DNA of 51,909 bases, filler included, from Aduncisulcus paluster (lineage: Eukaryota), in assembly GCA_024181965.1 (NCBI GenBank). It is 3 parts of 3 records of this genome, joined end to end, with 100 filler letters (N's around TTAATTAATTAA, not from the genome) between each part and the next. Parts side by side here need not be neighbours in the genome. Positions count along the whole stretch, not along the records: positions 1 to 21,082 come from BQXS01013869.1; 2 more parts are not named here. One strand, written 5' to 3'. Made by a program: the position numbers and the translations under genes. Position 1 is the stretch's first letter; each line of letters begins with the position of its first letter. Shown piece by piece: positions 1-10,920 of this stretch. The notes below the pieces were generated by a model. The model was not told the origin of the DNA and ran no database searches. It was given only the letters and a program-made list of their open reading frames with translations.

Positions 1-474
1 TGTGGTGAATATAAAGAGATAACCATCGACAAACGAATTCTAGTTAAGCTTGCAAAAGACCGTGAATTAGTAGTCACAGCGGCTAAAAATATTGCTCAAA
101 CAGCAGATGAAAGAGTATCTGAACTCTATACAATGCTAAAACGATATTCTGGAAAGTATTCAAAATCACAAGAGAAACTAAAAAATATTGCATCAATTGT
201 ACAACAATTACAACAAACTCTAGATTTTGAAGAGCGTGAAAAGGTTAAATTTCGATTAAAAGTTGAAGAAATGGAAAAACGAATCTCAGCTATGTCATCA
301 TCACATCATACTTGTGCAATATGTATGGATAAAGCCGTAAACATTGCTTTTATTCCTTGTGGACATGCGACATGTTGCCAAAGATGTGCCGAAAAAATAA
401 TGGAATCATCTGGAAAATGTCCCCTCTGCCGTGTTAGAATTCGTCGTATTTTACGGTTGTATTTTGACTCGTAA
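1..474 (+). CDS. C-terminal part of a coiled-coil + RING-HC (IAP/MGRN-like C3HC4) E3 ubiquitin ligase, 5' truncated by the window edge
   Basis: Frame is open from base 1. C-terminal motif CAICMDKAVNIAFIPCGHATCCQRCAEKIMESSGKCPLCR. Confidence 0.85.
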   Translation, partial: CGEYKEITIDKRILVKLAKDRELVVTAAKNIAQTADERVSELYTMLKRYSGKYSKSQEKLKNIASIVQQLQQTLDFEEREKVKFRLKVEEMEKRISAMSSSHHTCAICMDKAVNIAFIPCGHATCCQRCAEKIMESSGKCPLCRVRIRRILRLYFDS

Positions 475-746
475 TGCTTTTTATCCCCCTTTCATATCTA
501 CTGATACGAGTTTTGTTAACTTTTTTTAATACTATTATTCTGTTGTTTGTAGACTGTGACTTACATGTGAGTCTTTTCTATGTTTTTCAATTCTTGTTAA
601 GTTGTAAAATAGTTTTTCTCATTGTTATGATCAGGATAAGCGTTTATTCTATATTATATCCCTTATTTCCCGAAGAATTCGTTTACCCTTGATGTCATCG
701 AAATGTTAATAAAAATGGAGGTACTTGGGTTCTCTGAGATCATTTG

Positions 747-1348
747 ATTCCATTCCGTCAAAAAATTAGATTTATATATCCTCAAAGAATCCACTCAGAT
801 GATTTAAACCCTAGAATGAATAGGGGTGAAAATTGACAAAAAATAAAATCTTGCAATTGATTGATTTTTTAACGGAATAATTTTTTTTAGGAGTATATGT
901 GTCTGAATTTCATTCTTGATATGATTGGATTCAATATGATTTTTTCCGACACTACATCCACTTCTAAACTCACTCTTGTTCTTTTTTTATATATATATAC
1001 TCACAATTTTTTTATTCTTTTAATTCTTTTTTGATCTNNNNNNNNNNNNNNNNNNNNATTCCATTCCGTCAAAAAATTAGATTTATATATCCTCAAAGAA
1101 TCCACTCAGATGATTTAAACCCTAGAATGAATAGGGGTGAAAATTGACAAAAAATAAAATCTTGCAATTGATTGATTTTTTAACGGAATAATTTTTTTTA
1201 GGAGTATATGTGTCTGAATTTCATTCTTGATATGATTGGATTCAATATGATTTTTTCCGACACTACATCCACTTCTAAACTCACTCTTGTTCTTTTTTTA
1301 TATATATATACTCACAATTTTTTTATTCTTTTAATTCTTTTTTGATCT
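747..1348. repeat. Tandem duplication (747-1037 = 1058-1348) flanking a 20-N gap; probable assembly overlap artefact
   Basis: Identical ~291 bp copies on either side of the N run. Confidence 0.9.
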
Positions 1349-1366
1349 TCCAACACTTCGTTTTCT

Positions 1367-2026
1367 ATGTTTGCTCCTGTTGACTTTCAGAATGACTACG
1401 CTTTCCGTGACTTTTCAGTCTCTCCCTCCGATGGATCTCACGCATCACCTACTTATTCTCCTCTTTCTTCACAAGAAAGTTTCAGTGATTCTGGCTCCAT
1501 TATCCTTTCTCCTCGTCAACCTGTCTCTCCAGTCAAAAAGGTTAAACAACATCGTAAAAAAGGATCTTGCAAGTTTTCTGAGGTTCAAACAAAGCTTTTA
1601 ATGGAGCATTTCCTCATCAATCCCCGTCCTGATGCTGCTACTGTTGAGATGTTATCTTCTCACACTTCACTTTCTCAGCAACAGGTAAAGATTTGGTTCC
1701 AAAATCGTCGTGCGAGAACTAAGAAGAGGAAAACAAGGAAGGGAACCAGTGGTCCAACAAAGAATCGCCTTCCAGCCAAGATTAAGCCTCGTGTTATCAA
1801 ACCTACCACTTTTGTATCTCCTTCCCCCCCAGTCATTGCCTCTACTTCCAATTCTGTGCAATATTGTGTTGACAAGACCTCTATTCTCCCTTTTGACGCT
1901 ACTCGCCCGCCTTGTGCCTTCACACATCGTGCCGTTCATGTAGCTTCATCCTTTGCGTGTCTATCTTCACTTCGAGTTCTCTGCGATTGTGCTATTCATG
2001 AACTCGAACGCGAAAATATGAAATAG
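1367..2026 (+). CDS. Homeodomain transcription factor (non-TALE, Q50)
   Basis: F8, L16, F20, P26 and KIWFQNRRAR helix 3 at canonical 60-aa spacing, with no three-residue loop extension. Confidence 0.92.
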   Translation: MFAPVDFQNDYAFRDFSVSPSDGSHASPTYSPLSSQESFSDSGSIILSPRQPVSPVKKVKQHRKKGSCKFSEVQTKLLMEHFLINPRPDAATVEMLSSHTSLSQQQVKIWFQNRRARTKKRKTRKGTSGPTKNRLPAKIKPRVIKPTTFVSPSPPVIASTSNSVQYCVDKTSILPFDATRPPCAFTHRAVHVASSFACLSSLRVLCDCAIHELERENMK

Positions 2027-2618
2027 CAGGTGAATGAATGTTTATTCATAATAATCAAAATTTCTCTTTTTTTTTTCTTTTCCTTTTGTTATTTGTAATT
2101 ATGGTGACTCTTAACTTGTGAATTCATTTTTTCTTCGTGTATCATCTCGGCATTTCAGGGCACTTTTGTCTAACAGATTTGTTTTTCTGAATTTGTAATA
2201 TATCCATTTCACGTCGGAAAATGAATAATAAACATAACTTCGTTGTTTATATTTTTAAAATTATGTCTTGTATTTAACTTTAATTTTTGCTGTTGGGTTG
2301 CAACATCGTAGAAAAAATTCAAATACAAAATTGATTGCAACTTGCCATCCCCTCAAAGAATTGGCATCTTACTGATAAAATACTTATTTAAATCTCATGA
2401 ATTTCCCATCTTTTGGCAAACTCTGCTGACAGACTGATATTTGACCGACAGCTTGAGGTGATCATTTCCATGATGGAAAAAGATGCAAAACCTGCATTAT
2501 CATACATTTAATTTATTAGAATTGAGTCGACTTAAGCGACAATAGTCAACGAATGTTCATTTAGATCTAAACTAAGCATAAGAAATTGATATTTGAATAA
2601 ACAAAAATCAATCAATTT

Positions 2619-4534
2619 TCACACTTCTGGAATAGCCGCCTTTTCGGCAGCAATCCTTCTCTCAACGACTGCAGCAGCCTCTCGTTTCATAGCCTGTCTA
2701 TCTACGACAACCCCAGCCCTTTCTTCCTCACTTTCTTCACTCTCCTCATCCAATTTGACACGTAGATTACTGCTGGGCAATCTAGTGGCTATCGTTGCAA
2801 GTTCCTCTTCACCAGATATCTCCTCTTCGGTGGCCTCATCTTCGAGCGCAGTAACCTTAATCGACATGGCACCATCCACACTCACAGAGTCGCAGATAGT
2901 CTTCAGATTACTCATTTTGGAGTGAACAATACTCAACACAGTGGCACAGTTATCCAGGGTGATTGATGTGGGCTCTTCTTGGCTATCTGGAAGTACATTC
3001 TGAGCAGTCACCGCAGGAGTAGCCTCCATCGTTGCACTGATTGGTTGCTGATGCTTAATATGGGCCAAGAGATCAGAAATATGCTGGATACCACTACTGA
3101 CAGTGACACATGTCTTCTGTAACTTTGTGTATCTATCCTTTTCTCTGTCTGATACAGTCTTGAGCTCTGATCCTTCCCTCTCGAGCTCTTCGAGGGTATG
3201 TCTGGATCCACCAGCACCAACAAAGGAGAATCGCATATCTTCAAGAGTGCCTCGGACATCTTCTTGTTTAACAGTGAGCTCGTCAACACGTTTTTGACCC
3301 TCGGTAACCATTTTTTCAAGATTGTTTTTCTGTTGTGATTGCTTCTCAGCCTTGGACAAGATCTCAGCAATATCAGAAATACCACTGGCCTTTTTAATCC
3401 TGTCAAACACACTCTTGGCGTGATTGGCAGTGGATGATGGGAGACTGTCAAGATCACCCTCATCAGATAACCCTTCGCCACTAGTCATAGGAACAGACTC
3501 ATCAGCGACAACCTGAGCATCAACAGCAGCCTGGGCTTCATTGGCAGCACGCTCGGCAGCAGCTCTCTCAAGTCCAGCACGCTCCTCTTCCTCTTTCTCA
3601 GCTTGTAATTGTTTAGCAACTTCATTACGACGGACTTCAACCTCAGCAAGACGAAGTTCACGATCTTCGTCGGCTTGTTCCTTAGCCCCATCATATTCAA
3701 GCTTAGCAATATCAACAGCAGCTTGGGCCTCATTGAGGAGAGCAAGAACTTCGGCAAGATCTTGTTTCTTCCTTGACAGGCGTTCTTCAACAGAATCCAG
3801 CTGGGTATTATAAGTAACCTTCTCGTCACGTAAGGCTCTGCGCATTTGACCGTATAAACGATGCATAGTGTTTGCTTCTCCAACCTTTATCATGGTTTCA
3901 TCTAGAGTGGTTTCTAAACGGCGAATTTCAAGTTCTAATGGAGATTCTTCATGAGTAATGGATTCTATTTCACCTTCGATTGTTGCAATTTGTTCTTTAG
4001 CCTTGGCTTCGCGAGAAATAATTTCTTGACGTTTATGTTGAAGAGTATCCCGTTTCTTTCGATAATTACAAACTTCTTCATCAAGATGAAGCGATAATTG
4101 TTTAATGTCTTCATATCCAGAAGATATTTCAACCGAAGTTCCGGCGGTTTTTCGTTTTACGGAGGCAGTGGCACGTTCAGCTTCGATGGCATACAAACGA
4201 GCCTTTAATTCCTTAATTTCACGTCTCAATGCACTGATAAGTTCCTGATTACGTACTATACTCTTTTGGCTCATCTCATGATAGGCTTTTCTATCCCCCT
4301 CTAGAAAATGTCAAAATAATACGATCCGAACCAGATATATGGCCAATAAAATAATTTTAATTGAGCGATGAATTGAAAAATATATATTTAAACGTGAAGA
4401 TTATTAAAAAATAGTGAGAAAAGGCGAGATGCAAAGTAAAATCGTCAAAATAGAGGCTATTGTAATGTTTACATACCAATAAGCTGATAACGTTTCTTCA
4501 ACTCTTCAAAAGAGAGATCTTTATCCGTTTTCAT
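2619..4534 (-). CDS. CCDC151: Outer dynein arm docking complex coiled-coil protein, CCDC151/ODAD3 (DC1-like); exons 4534-4477 and 4300-2619
   Basis: Splicing gives MKTDKDLSFEELKKRYQLIEGDRKAYHEMSQ (family QLLEGDRKA motif). Also LRDEKVTYNTQLDSVE and FDRIKKASGISD segments in a long coiled coil. Confidence 0.75.
4301..4476 (-). other. Spliceosomal intron, 176 nt, GTATGT...TTGACATTTTCTAG, phase 1
   Basis: Removal joins an upstream ATG exon in frame and creates the conserved EGDRKA motif. Confidence 0.9.
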
Positions 4535-4724
4535 TGTAATATTGGACGAAAACTTGTCCCTTGAAAAATCTTGCTGGTTCTGACAATAAGATGCATGTTG
4601 CAGCATTATTCTTGTTTTATGAGAATATAACTTTGTATAATCTCCAATATAGCTCCATCAATTTTTACTCTCTAGTTCGCTAAGGATTTTTCAGCATTCA
4701 AAATGAATTCCTTTCTTGCCAGCA

Positions 4725-5276
4725 ATGTTCGCTATACCAAGGATTCTGCAGGTCTTATTTGCCAGTATATTCACATCAGTGGCCGCTGAATTTCTTTCTT
4801 GGCTGTTGATATTCCGCAAACAATCGTACAAAGATTTGGAGAAGGATCTAGAGAAATATCAGAAACAATATGATTCCCTTGTAGAAAAAGGAATCAATTC
4901 AAAGAAACTGGAACAACAAAAAGAGTGGTATAATGGAAAAATGACGAGTGTAAGGACTGATCTCATGAAGAACCAAATGTTTGGAATGATTATTACGGGA
5001 GTTATCATGTTTATCACAAACAAAATGATCAAGGGGAGATTTGTTGGAAAGGTTGTTGCCATCCTTCCATTTGAACCTCCTAAGCTCGTGTCAAGATTGA
5101 CTCACAGAGGCATCAAAGGAAACAATATGAGGGAAATAGGTCATTCTTTCATTTTTATGCTCTCTTCCTTCTCCTTTAAGGCTGCTCTTAGAATGAGCCT
5201 CGGTCGTATTAACCCTAAAGGAAAGAAGTCTGGGATTATGGAAAAAGCAAGAGCTGCCGCTGAGAAATATTCCTAA
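4725..5276 (+). CDS. TMCO1: TMCO1 (EMC3/TMCO1, Oxa1 superfamily) ER membrane protein
   Basis: AEFLSWLLIFR..YKDL N-terminus; FVGKVVAILPFEP..RLTHRG and FIFML motifs. First ATG at 4725. Confidence 0.85.
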   Translation: MFAIPRILQVLFASIFTSVAAEFLSWLLIFRKQSYKDLEKDLEKYQKQYDSLVEKGINSKKLEQQKEWYNGKMTSVRTDLMKNQMFGMIITGVIMFITNKMIKGRFVGKVVAILPFEPPKLVSRLTHRGIKGNNMREIGHSFIFMLSSFSFKAALRMSLGRINPKGKKSGIMEKARAAAEKYS

Positions 5277-5549
5277 TCTTGCTTCAAATTTACTATTTCA
5301 AAAAGAAAATATTAAATATATTGCATTTTTAATAAAACTGAAATTCAATCGCTGAATTTTTTTTTTGTGTGAATATCACAGATTAAATATATTCTATTCT
5401 CTATTATTTTGGAAGAAATCAATTTTTTAATTGGTTTTTAGCTTGTATTTCATTAATATTAAACCTGTATTATCAAGAACCAACCGATTGCTTTTTTTCT
5501 TCTAATCAACAATTCCAATTGAGTTTACAAAGTTGTAAATCAACATAAA

Positions 5550-7589
5550 ATGAAGGGAAATTCATATATATCAGAGAATCTAGCTAAATTATGTCTACAG
5601 TATCCGTTTGAACAGGTTATTGCTAAATTCGAAGAAACATGTCAAGAATATGACGAAAAAAAGAAAACAACAATATTAATGAAATTATATCATATATTAC
5701 GATCTGAAGGGAAAGGTGTATACAACGATAAATGCGAAGGTGTCTTAAAATGCCTTACTCACGATTTCCCCACTTTTGCTACCGGATGGTTGGAATATGC
5801 ACGAGTTCTTGCATCCAGAGGCGATAATCATGGTGTTTTACACTTGTTAATGGAAGCTACTATCCACTGTAAGTATAACGATTCAATAATCATTCGTGCC
5901 ATTTCTGCTGCGGATAAAATTAATAATATATCTATTGCACGTTCCATAATCTCAACGTGTGTCCATTGGCCAATAGAAAAACTCTGGAAAATATTTATAG
6001 AAGGTGCTAATCTTGAACTGAAATATGGACATCCCCATGCTTCTCGAAGGATATTACGATATCTAATTGCTCATTATCCTCGATGTGGTCCAGCATACGT
6101 TGATGCAGTGCGTGTTGAAGAAGAACATGGCTCCATCGATGATGCAATTATGCTTGTACAGGAAGGACTCTCTAACAACCCCAAATATTCTCCTCTATGG
6201 GTTGTTTGCATGAAGCTATTCACTAAAGTATTTCATGTTCAAGGCCATATCCATGTCCTTAGGTCTGTCATTGCCTTGTGTCAGCGTGAAGGACCCTCTG
6301 AAGTGCTCTGGAAAATGTATTTCATCCTTGGCGAGTCCCTATGGGAATCTGACAGTGCAGTCCTTCGAGAAGATGCAATGTTCTGCTGGAAGAAAGCATT
6401 CCAGTGCTGTGTTGATGGTCTCAAGTGGAAAGTTCTCCTTCTGCAAGCTAGATATATTATGAAGGATCCACGAGGACTTCAAGATATTCATACTTCATTG
6501 ACGTTGGCAGCCCAAGCTGTGAAACTCAGTGGCCGTCGATCTTTCCACCCCTGTGTTGTAGGCTTGATGCGTCTGTATGAGTGTGCTGGAATGGTGGATG
6601 ATTCCTTCAGCATCTGTGAGGCTGCTACCCATAGTAAGGATAATACAGAGTTCGAGCAAAAGAAAGCAGAATATTTCCGAACAACATCTTCCATTGCCCA
6701 TGCTGCTGATGCTTTATTTTCTCCCATGCTCGATGTTGGAGCAAAGCAAGACTTCAAGATAAATTGGAAGATGGTCCTTGAAAAAGTTCTATTATGCCGA
6801 CGTCAATGTAAACTCGATATCGCACTGAAGATAACTCGATCCCACGCATTATCCCAGAACGGTCGTCTCTGGGCTGTCCGAATATCCCTCATGCAACCCC
6901 ATGGTGAACGAGAACATGTTGTTGCTGCCAGCGAGGGTGTTAGAACATGCCCGAAGAGTGGTGAAGCATGGGTAGAAATGGCCAGAGTCCGTATGAATCC
7001 GCTATATTCCTCATGTTTCTCACTCGATGAGGCAGCCAAAGCCCTTGAATATGCCATGTTATTCACAGAACAATATGGAGATGTGTTCATTGAATTGTTA
7101 AGGCTATATACAATAAGATATGGTAGGTGTCCAGATAAGACACTTATTGATTCCGTTTGTGGGATGGTAAGTGCGGCCAAACCGAATTATGGTCGATGTT
7201 GGCAGTTTTGTAAGCTCCATCCCGATGAAACATGTGTTGATACTCTTATGAATGGCCTTTATGCTATCGTTGAAGGAGTTGTTGTCTACAAATTCCTGTA
7301 TATATACGCACAGCGGAGACGTCGAGCCCTTGTTGAGGTTGAGAAGCGCCTAGGAAATGGAATCAATGAATATCCATCGACTGAAGCTGCAGCTAGAGCT
7401 TGTGGAATCCATCTACCGAAGCGATTACCCAATAATCCAGAGTATTTGAGCCGGATTGGTGGAGTATTTGCTTTCAATACTGCTCTTAGTCGTCTAGATG
7501 TGAGACTGAGTGCATTGGATGAAGGAGAGAGACTTCGAAGGATCTTGGATGGAGATGGAGGATATCTCAATCAGATCAATGGAATATAA
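5550..7589 (+). CDS. HAT/TPR-repeat protein (PRP6/crooked-neck-like helical repeats)
   Basis: Repeated W..A..E half-a-TPR signatures (GWLEYAR, LWKIFIEGANLE, PKYSPLW, CPKSGEAWVEMAR, QYGDVFIE, PNYGRCW). Confidence 0.7.
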   Translation: MKGNSYISENLAKLCLQYPFEQVIAKFEETCQEYDEKKKTTILMKLYHILRSEGKGVYNDKCEGVLKCLTHDFPTFATGWLEYARVLASRGDNHGVLHLLMEATIHCKYNDSIIIRAISAADKINNISIARSIISTCVHWPIEKLWKIFIEGANLELKYGHPHASRRILRYLIAHYPRCGPAYVDAVRVEEEHGSIDDAIMLVQEGLSNNPKYSPLWVVCMKLFTKVFHVQGHIHVLRSVIALCQREGPSEVLWKMYFILGESLWESDSAVLREDAMFCWKKAFQCCVDGLKWKVLLLQARYIMKDPRGLQDIHTSLTLAAQAVKLSGRRSFHPCVVGLMRLYECAGMVDDSFSICEAATHSKDNTEFEQKKAEYFRTTSSIAHAADALFSPMLDVGAKQDFKINWKMVLEKVLLCRRQCKLDIALKITRSHALSQNGRLWAVRISLMQPHGEREHVVAASEGVRTCPKSGEAWVEMARVRMNPLYSSCFSLDEAAKALEYAMLFTEQYGDVFIELLRLYTIRYGRCPDKTLIDSVCGMVSAAKPNYGRCWQFCKLHPDETCVDTLMNGLYAIVEGVVVYKFLYIYAQRRRRALVEVEKRLGNGINEYPSTEAAARACGIHLPKRLPNNPEYLSRIGGVFAFNTALSRLDVRLSALDEGERLRRILDGDGGYLNQINGI

Positions 7590-7972
7590 GATTAGAATTG
7601 TATATCTCATGGCATCAAAACTCGATCCACCGACATATTCTTTCTTTGCTTAATTTCATTCCGATCAAACAAAACCACTCAGCTTTATTGATCTCGATTA
7701 TTGTTAGAGATATATTCATGTTGGATGGAAATTGTGGTACTATTTGGTGGAGCCACTTAGTGGTTCGTCTCCACTATTTTAGAATAAAAATCCGTTTTCT
7801 CTCATTTTTTTGCTCATGTTTAAATCTGAAATTCTCAATATCTTCGAGGAATACGATGAATTTGAATTGAAACCCCCGAAAGAATGATGTCATTTTTTTT
7901 TTTGAGATGATCACATTTTTTGGCTTTTTGCTGAATATTTGGGGTATTATCCCTTCGATACTAAATTAAATA

Positions 7973-8920
7973 ATGAATAATCTATTATTTTCTTTCCTAA
8001 TATTTTTTCTTTTTTCAGTTTTTTCAGGTGCTTATACAAATGACCTAAGACCAATCGTGTTAATGCATGGCATCAAAAATGGAAAGAGTAATCTTGATAC
8101 TGTTGTATCTTGGATTCAAGAAGCCTCTCCTGATACCTATGTTCTCAACGTTGAATTGGGTAATGGAGCTGTTGATTCCGTATTTGGAGACATTACGAAA
8201 TGGGCTCTTGATTTCATTGAAATAGTTGGGACTGATGAAGTTATCTCTGAATTTGGCAGTTTTAATATGTTTTGTCATTCTCAAGGGAATATGTTCTGTT
8301 TGTATTATCTTGGCATGTACAACAGCAGTTATGTGAAAGAACAACTCCCAGATTACGATCTCGACTCATTCCCAACCGTGTACAATTACATGTCCATCGC
8401 AGCCCCAGCTGCTGGATTCTTCGGTGATAACTCAAAATTTCAGGCTCTTGGAATAGAAACAAATGATATTGCTAGGCTTGGCGGATCCTTATTTTATACT
8501 CCCAGCATTCTTCAATTACTCATTAATCCAACTGGATATTGGCGTGATCCCATGCATCTTGACGTTTATAGACAACTCTCTCTTTTCCTGCCCATCCTCA
8601 ACAATGAGATATCACATCCAGACTTTGCCCTTAACAAACAGAACAGAATGTCTTTGAATTATTACAAGATGTTTGGATCTCCAAATGATGGAGTTATTTC
8701 CCCCTATCAAAGCACATGGTATGGATATTTTAAGGAGGGTACACTCGATGAATATGTTAATGCCGATGAGACAGATGCATGGGAGAACCTTGGATTGAGG
8801 GAATTATATGAAGCTGGTAAGTTGGAATTTGTAGATTCTGAATTGCATCACTCAGGATATATTAAACCACCAGCAGAAGATTATTTCTATCAAGAAATAT
8901 TACCATATCTTTTAGAGTGA
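7973..8920 (+). CDS. PPT1: Palmitoyl-protein thioesterase (PPT1/PPT2 family), secreted or lysosomal
   Basis: Signal peptide, PIVLMHG, nucleophile elbow CHSQG, YWRDP, DGVISPYQS, C-terminal His. Confidence 0.88.
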   Translation: MNNLLFSFLIFFLFSVFSGAYTNDLRPIVLMHGIKNGKSNLDTVVSWIQEASPDTYVLNVELGNGAVDSVFGDITKWALDFIEIVGTDEVISEFGSFNMFCHSQGNMFCLYYLGMYNSSYVKEQLPDYDLDSFPTVYNYMSIAAPAAGFFGDNSKFQALGIETNDIARLGGSLFYTPSILQLLINPTGYWRDPMHLDVYRQLSLFLPILNNEISHPDFALNKQNRMSLNYYKMFGSPNDGVISPYQSTWYGYFKEGTLDEYVNADETDAWENLGLRELYEAGKLEFVDSELHHSGYIKPPAEDYFYQEILPYLLE

Positions 8921-9682
8921 CTATTTTTTGTTTTATTTTTGTTTGTCCTCTGGGCAGTCCGGAAGTTCGTTTTTCATTTCTTTATTTCATTTTTCTTTTG
9001 TTGCGTGTCTTTTTTTCTCAACTTCTCACTGTTTGGGAATCCCCAAATTTTCTTTTGTCTCCTTTTTATTTCGAGTGCCAGTGCATTGTGGACCCATTCA
9101 GACGCATCCTGTGACATACCTCTTTCACCCGTTTGCTATCGAAATATTTGATAGCAAAAAACAAATGAAGTTTAATAAATTGGATATATTAAATCTTGCT
9201 AGTGTAAGTGAGACTTCTTTTAGCATAAAAGAAGTTCTCTGAGAGCTCTCAGTGACTGAGTTTCATTGAGATCATCCCGGGCGTCTGTTGAGAGAACTTT
9301 CTATAGAGTCCCTCTCCACTCTTTTAATAATTTTCTTATATTTCTCAATACATCAAATTCTATTCCCCTGAGAATGGAACATTTTTCTCAATGATAACCA
9401 CTCTAGAGCAAAAGAGGCTTTCTTGCCTTCAATATATGATTTGAGATATAATTTATGTTATTATTAACTTAATTTAATGCAAATTCACAATATTTAGCCA
9501 ATATTTTTTCTAATTTTATTTCTACAACTTTATGCGAAACCTTCTTGTCATGATCGAGGGGTCGCAGTGTCATAATATCCACCGAACTTTCAGCCATTCC
9601 CTCTATTGTTGAAGCTATCAAAATATCTCTTTTCATTTATTGTTGTTTTTTGTTCATTCGTCATCTTTGTTATTAATTTCAC

Positions 9683-10633
9683 ATGAAAAAAGCTCAAATT
9701 TGTCATTTGGACGAATTCGAAAGGATAAAAGTTGTTGGTGAGGGAACTTATGGAATTGTTTATCATGCTCGCCACAAAAAAACTGGGAATGAAGTCGCGT
9801 TAAAACGTATTAGATTAGAATCAGAAGATGAAGGTGTTCCTTCAACAGCCATTCGTGAAATTTCATTATTACGAGAGTTAAAACATCCCAACATTGTGAA
9901 TTTACTTGAAGTTATTCATTCTGAAACTAAGCTAACCCTCGTATTTGAGTATTTGGAGCAAGATCTTAAAAAATGTATAGATCGATACCGTGGAAAATTA
10001 CCAACAATCCTTATCAAATCGTTTTTGTACCAATTACTTCGTGGATTGGCTTTTTGCCATAATAAGCGTGTTCTCCATCGTGATTTAAAACCTCAAAATC
10101 TCTTGATTAATCGTCACGGAGAGTTAAAAATAGCCGATTTTGGGCTTGCTCGTGCATTTGGTATCCCAGTTCGATCATACACCCATGAAGTTGTGACTTT
10201 ATGGTATAGATCTCCTGATGTTTTATTAGGCAATAGAAAGTATAGTACTCCTATTGATATATGGAGTGTGGGTTGTATTTTCGCAGAAATGGTTACGGGA
10301 AAACCTCTATTTCCAGGAAGAACAGAGAGAGACGAATTGGTTCGTATTTTCCGACTTCTTGGAACTCCAAGTATCAAAGCCTGGCCAGAAATGGATTCTT
10401 ACCCTGAATACAGATCAGATCTTCCTATTTTTCCTGCCCAACCTTGGAAAAAGCTTGTTCCCGGTCTTGATACCAATGGCTGTGATTTACTCTCAAAAAT
10501 GCTAACATATCGACCAAAATTGCGGATAACTGCAAGAGAGGCAATGCTTCATCCATATTTTGATGATTTACTAAAGGTTGATAAGGATGGAAGAATTCGT
10601 CCCTCAACCGTGAGCATGGGAATTGGAATGTAA
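9683..10633 (+). CDS. PSTAIRE cyclin-dependent kinase (CDK1/2/5-like)
   Basis: [57 protein letters not shown] is a CDK5/Pho85/CRK-type feature. Confidence 0.97.
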   Translation: MKKAQICHLDEFERIKVVGEGTYGIVYHARHKKTGNEVALKRIRLESEDEGVPSTAIREISLLRELKHPNIVNLLEVIHSETKLTLVFEYLEQDLKKCIDRYRGKLPTILIKSFLYQLLRGLAFCHNKRVLHRDLKPQNLLINRHGELKIADFGLARAFGIPVRSYTHEVVTLWYRSPDVLLGNRKYSTPIDIWSVGCIFAEMVTGKPLFPGRTERDELVRIFRLLGTPSIKAWPEMDSYPEYRSDLPIFPAQPWKKLVPGLDTNGCDLLSKMLTYRPKLRITAREAMLHPYFDDLLKVDKDGRIRPSTVSMGIGM

Positions 10634-10920
10634 CCACCAATGTCATAAATATCTTTATTTTTTCAATAGTTTTATCTCATTAATTTCAACTTACATCATT
10701 AAATAAAAGTATTTCCGCGATTATATCGAAGTTATGATTCTAAAAAGTTTTTATGTTTTTAACAAATGATTTATTCTCTTCTGACTTCATTCCGAAATAA
10801 TACATAATTCTTCAATCTTTTATATTTTCAAATATCGGAGTGATTACTTGAAGATATCTACATTGGATTTGGTAACAACCATTAAATATTAATTCATATA
10901 CCCAAAAACAATATACAAAA

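Noticed and set aside
8945..9115. RNase P RNA-like motifs (AGTGCATT; ACCCATTCAGAC resembling CR-IV/CR-V)
   Set aside because: No room for P1-P3 after the PPT1 stop, the P4 partner is imperfect, and the interior is T-rich and unstructured.
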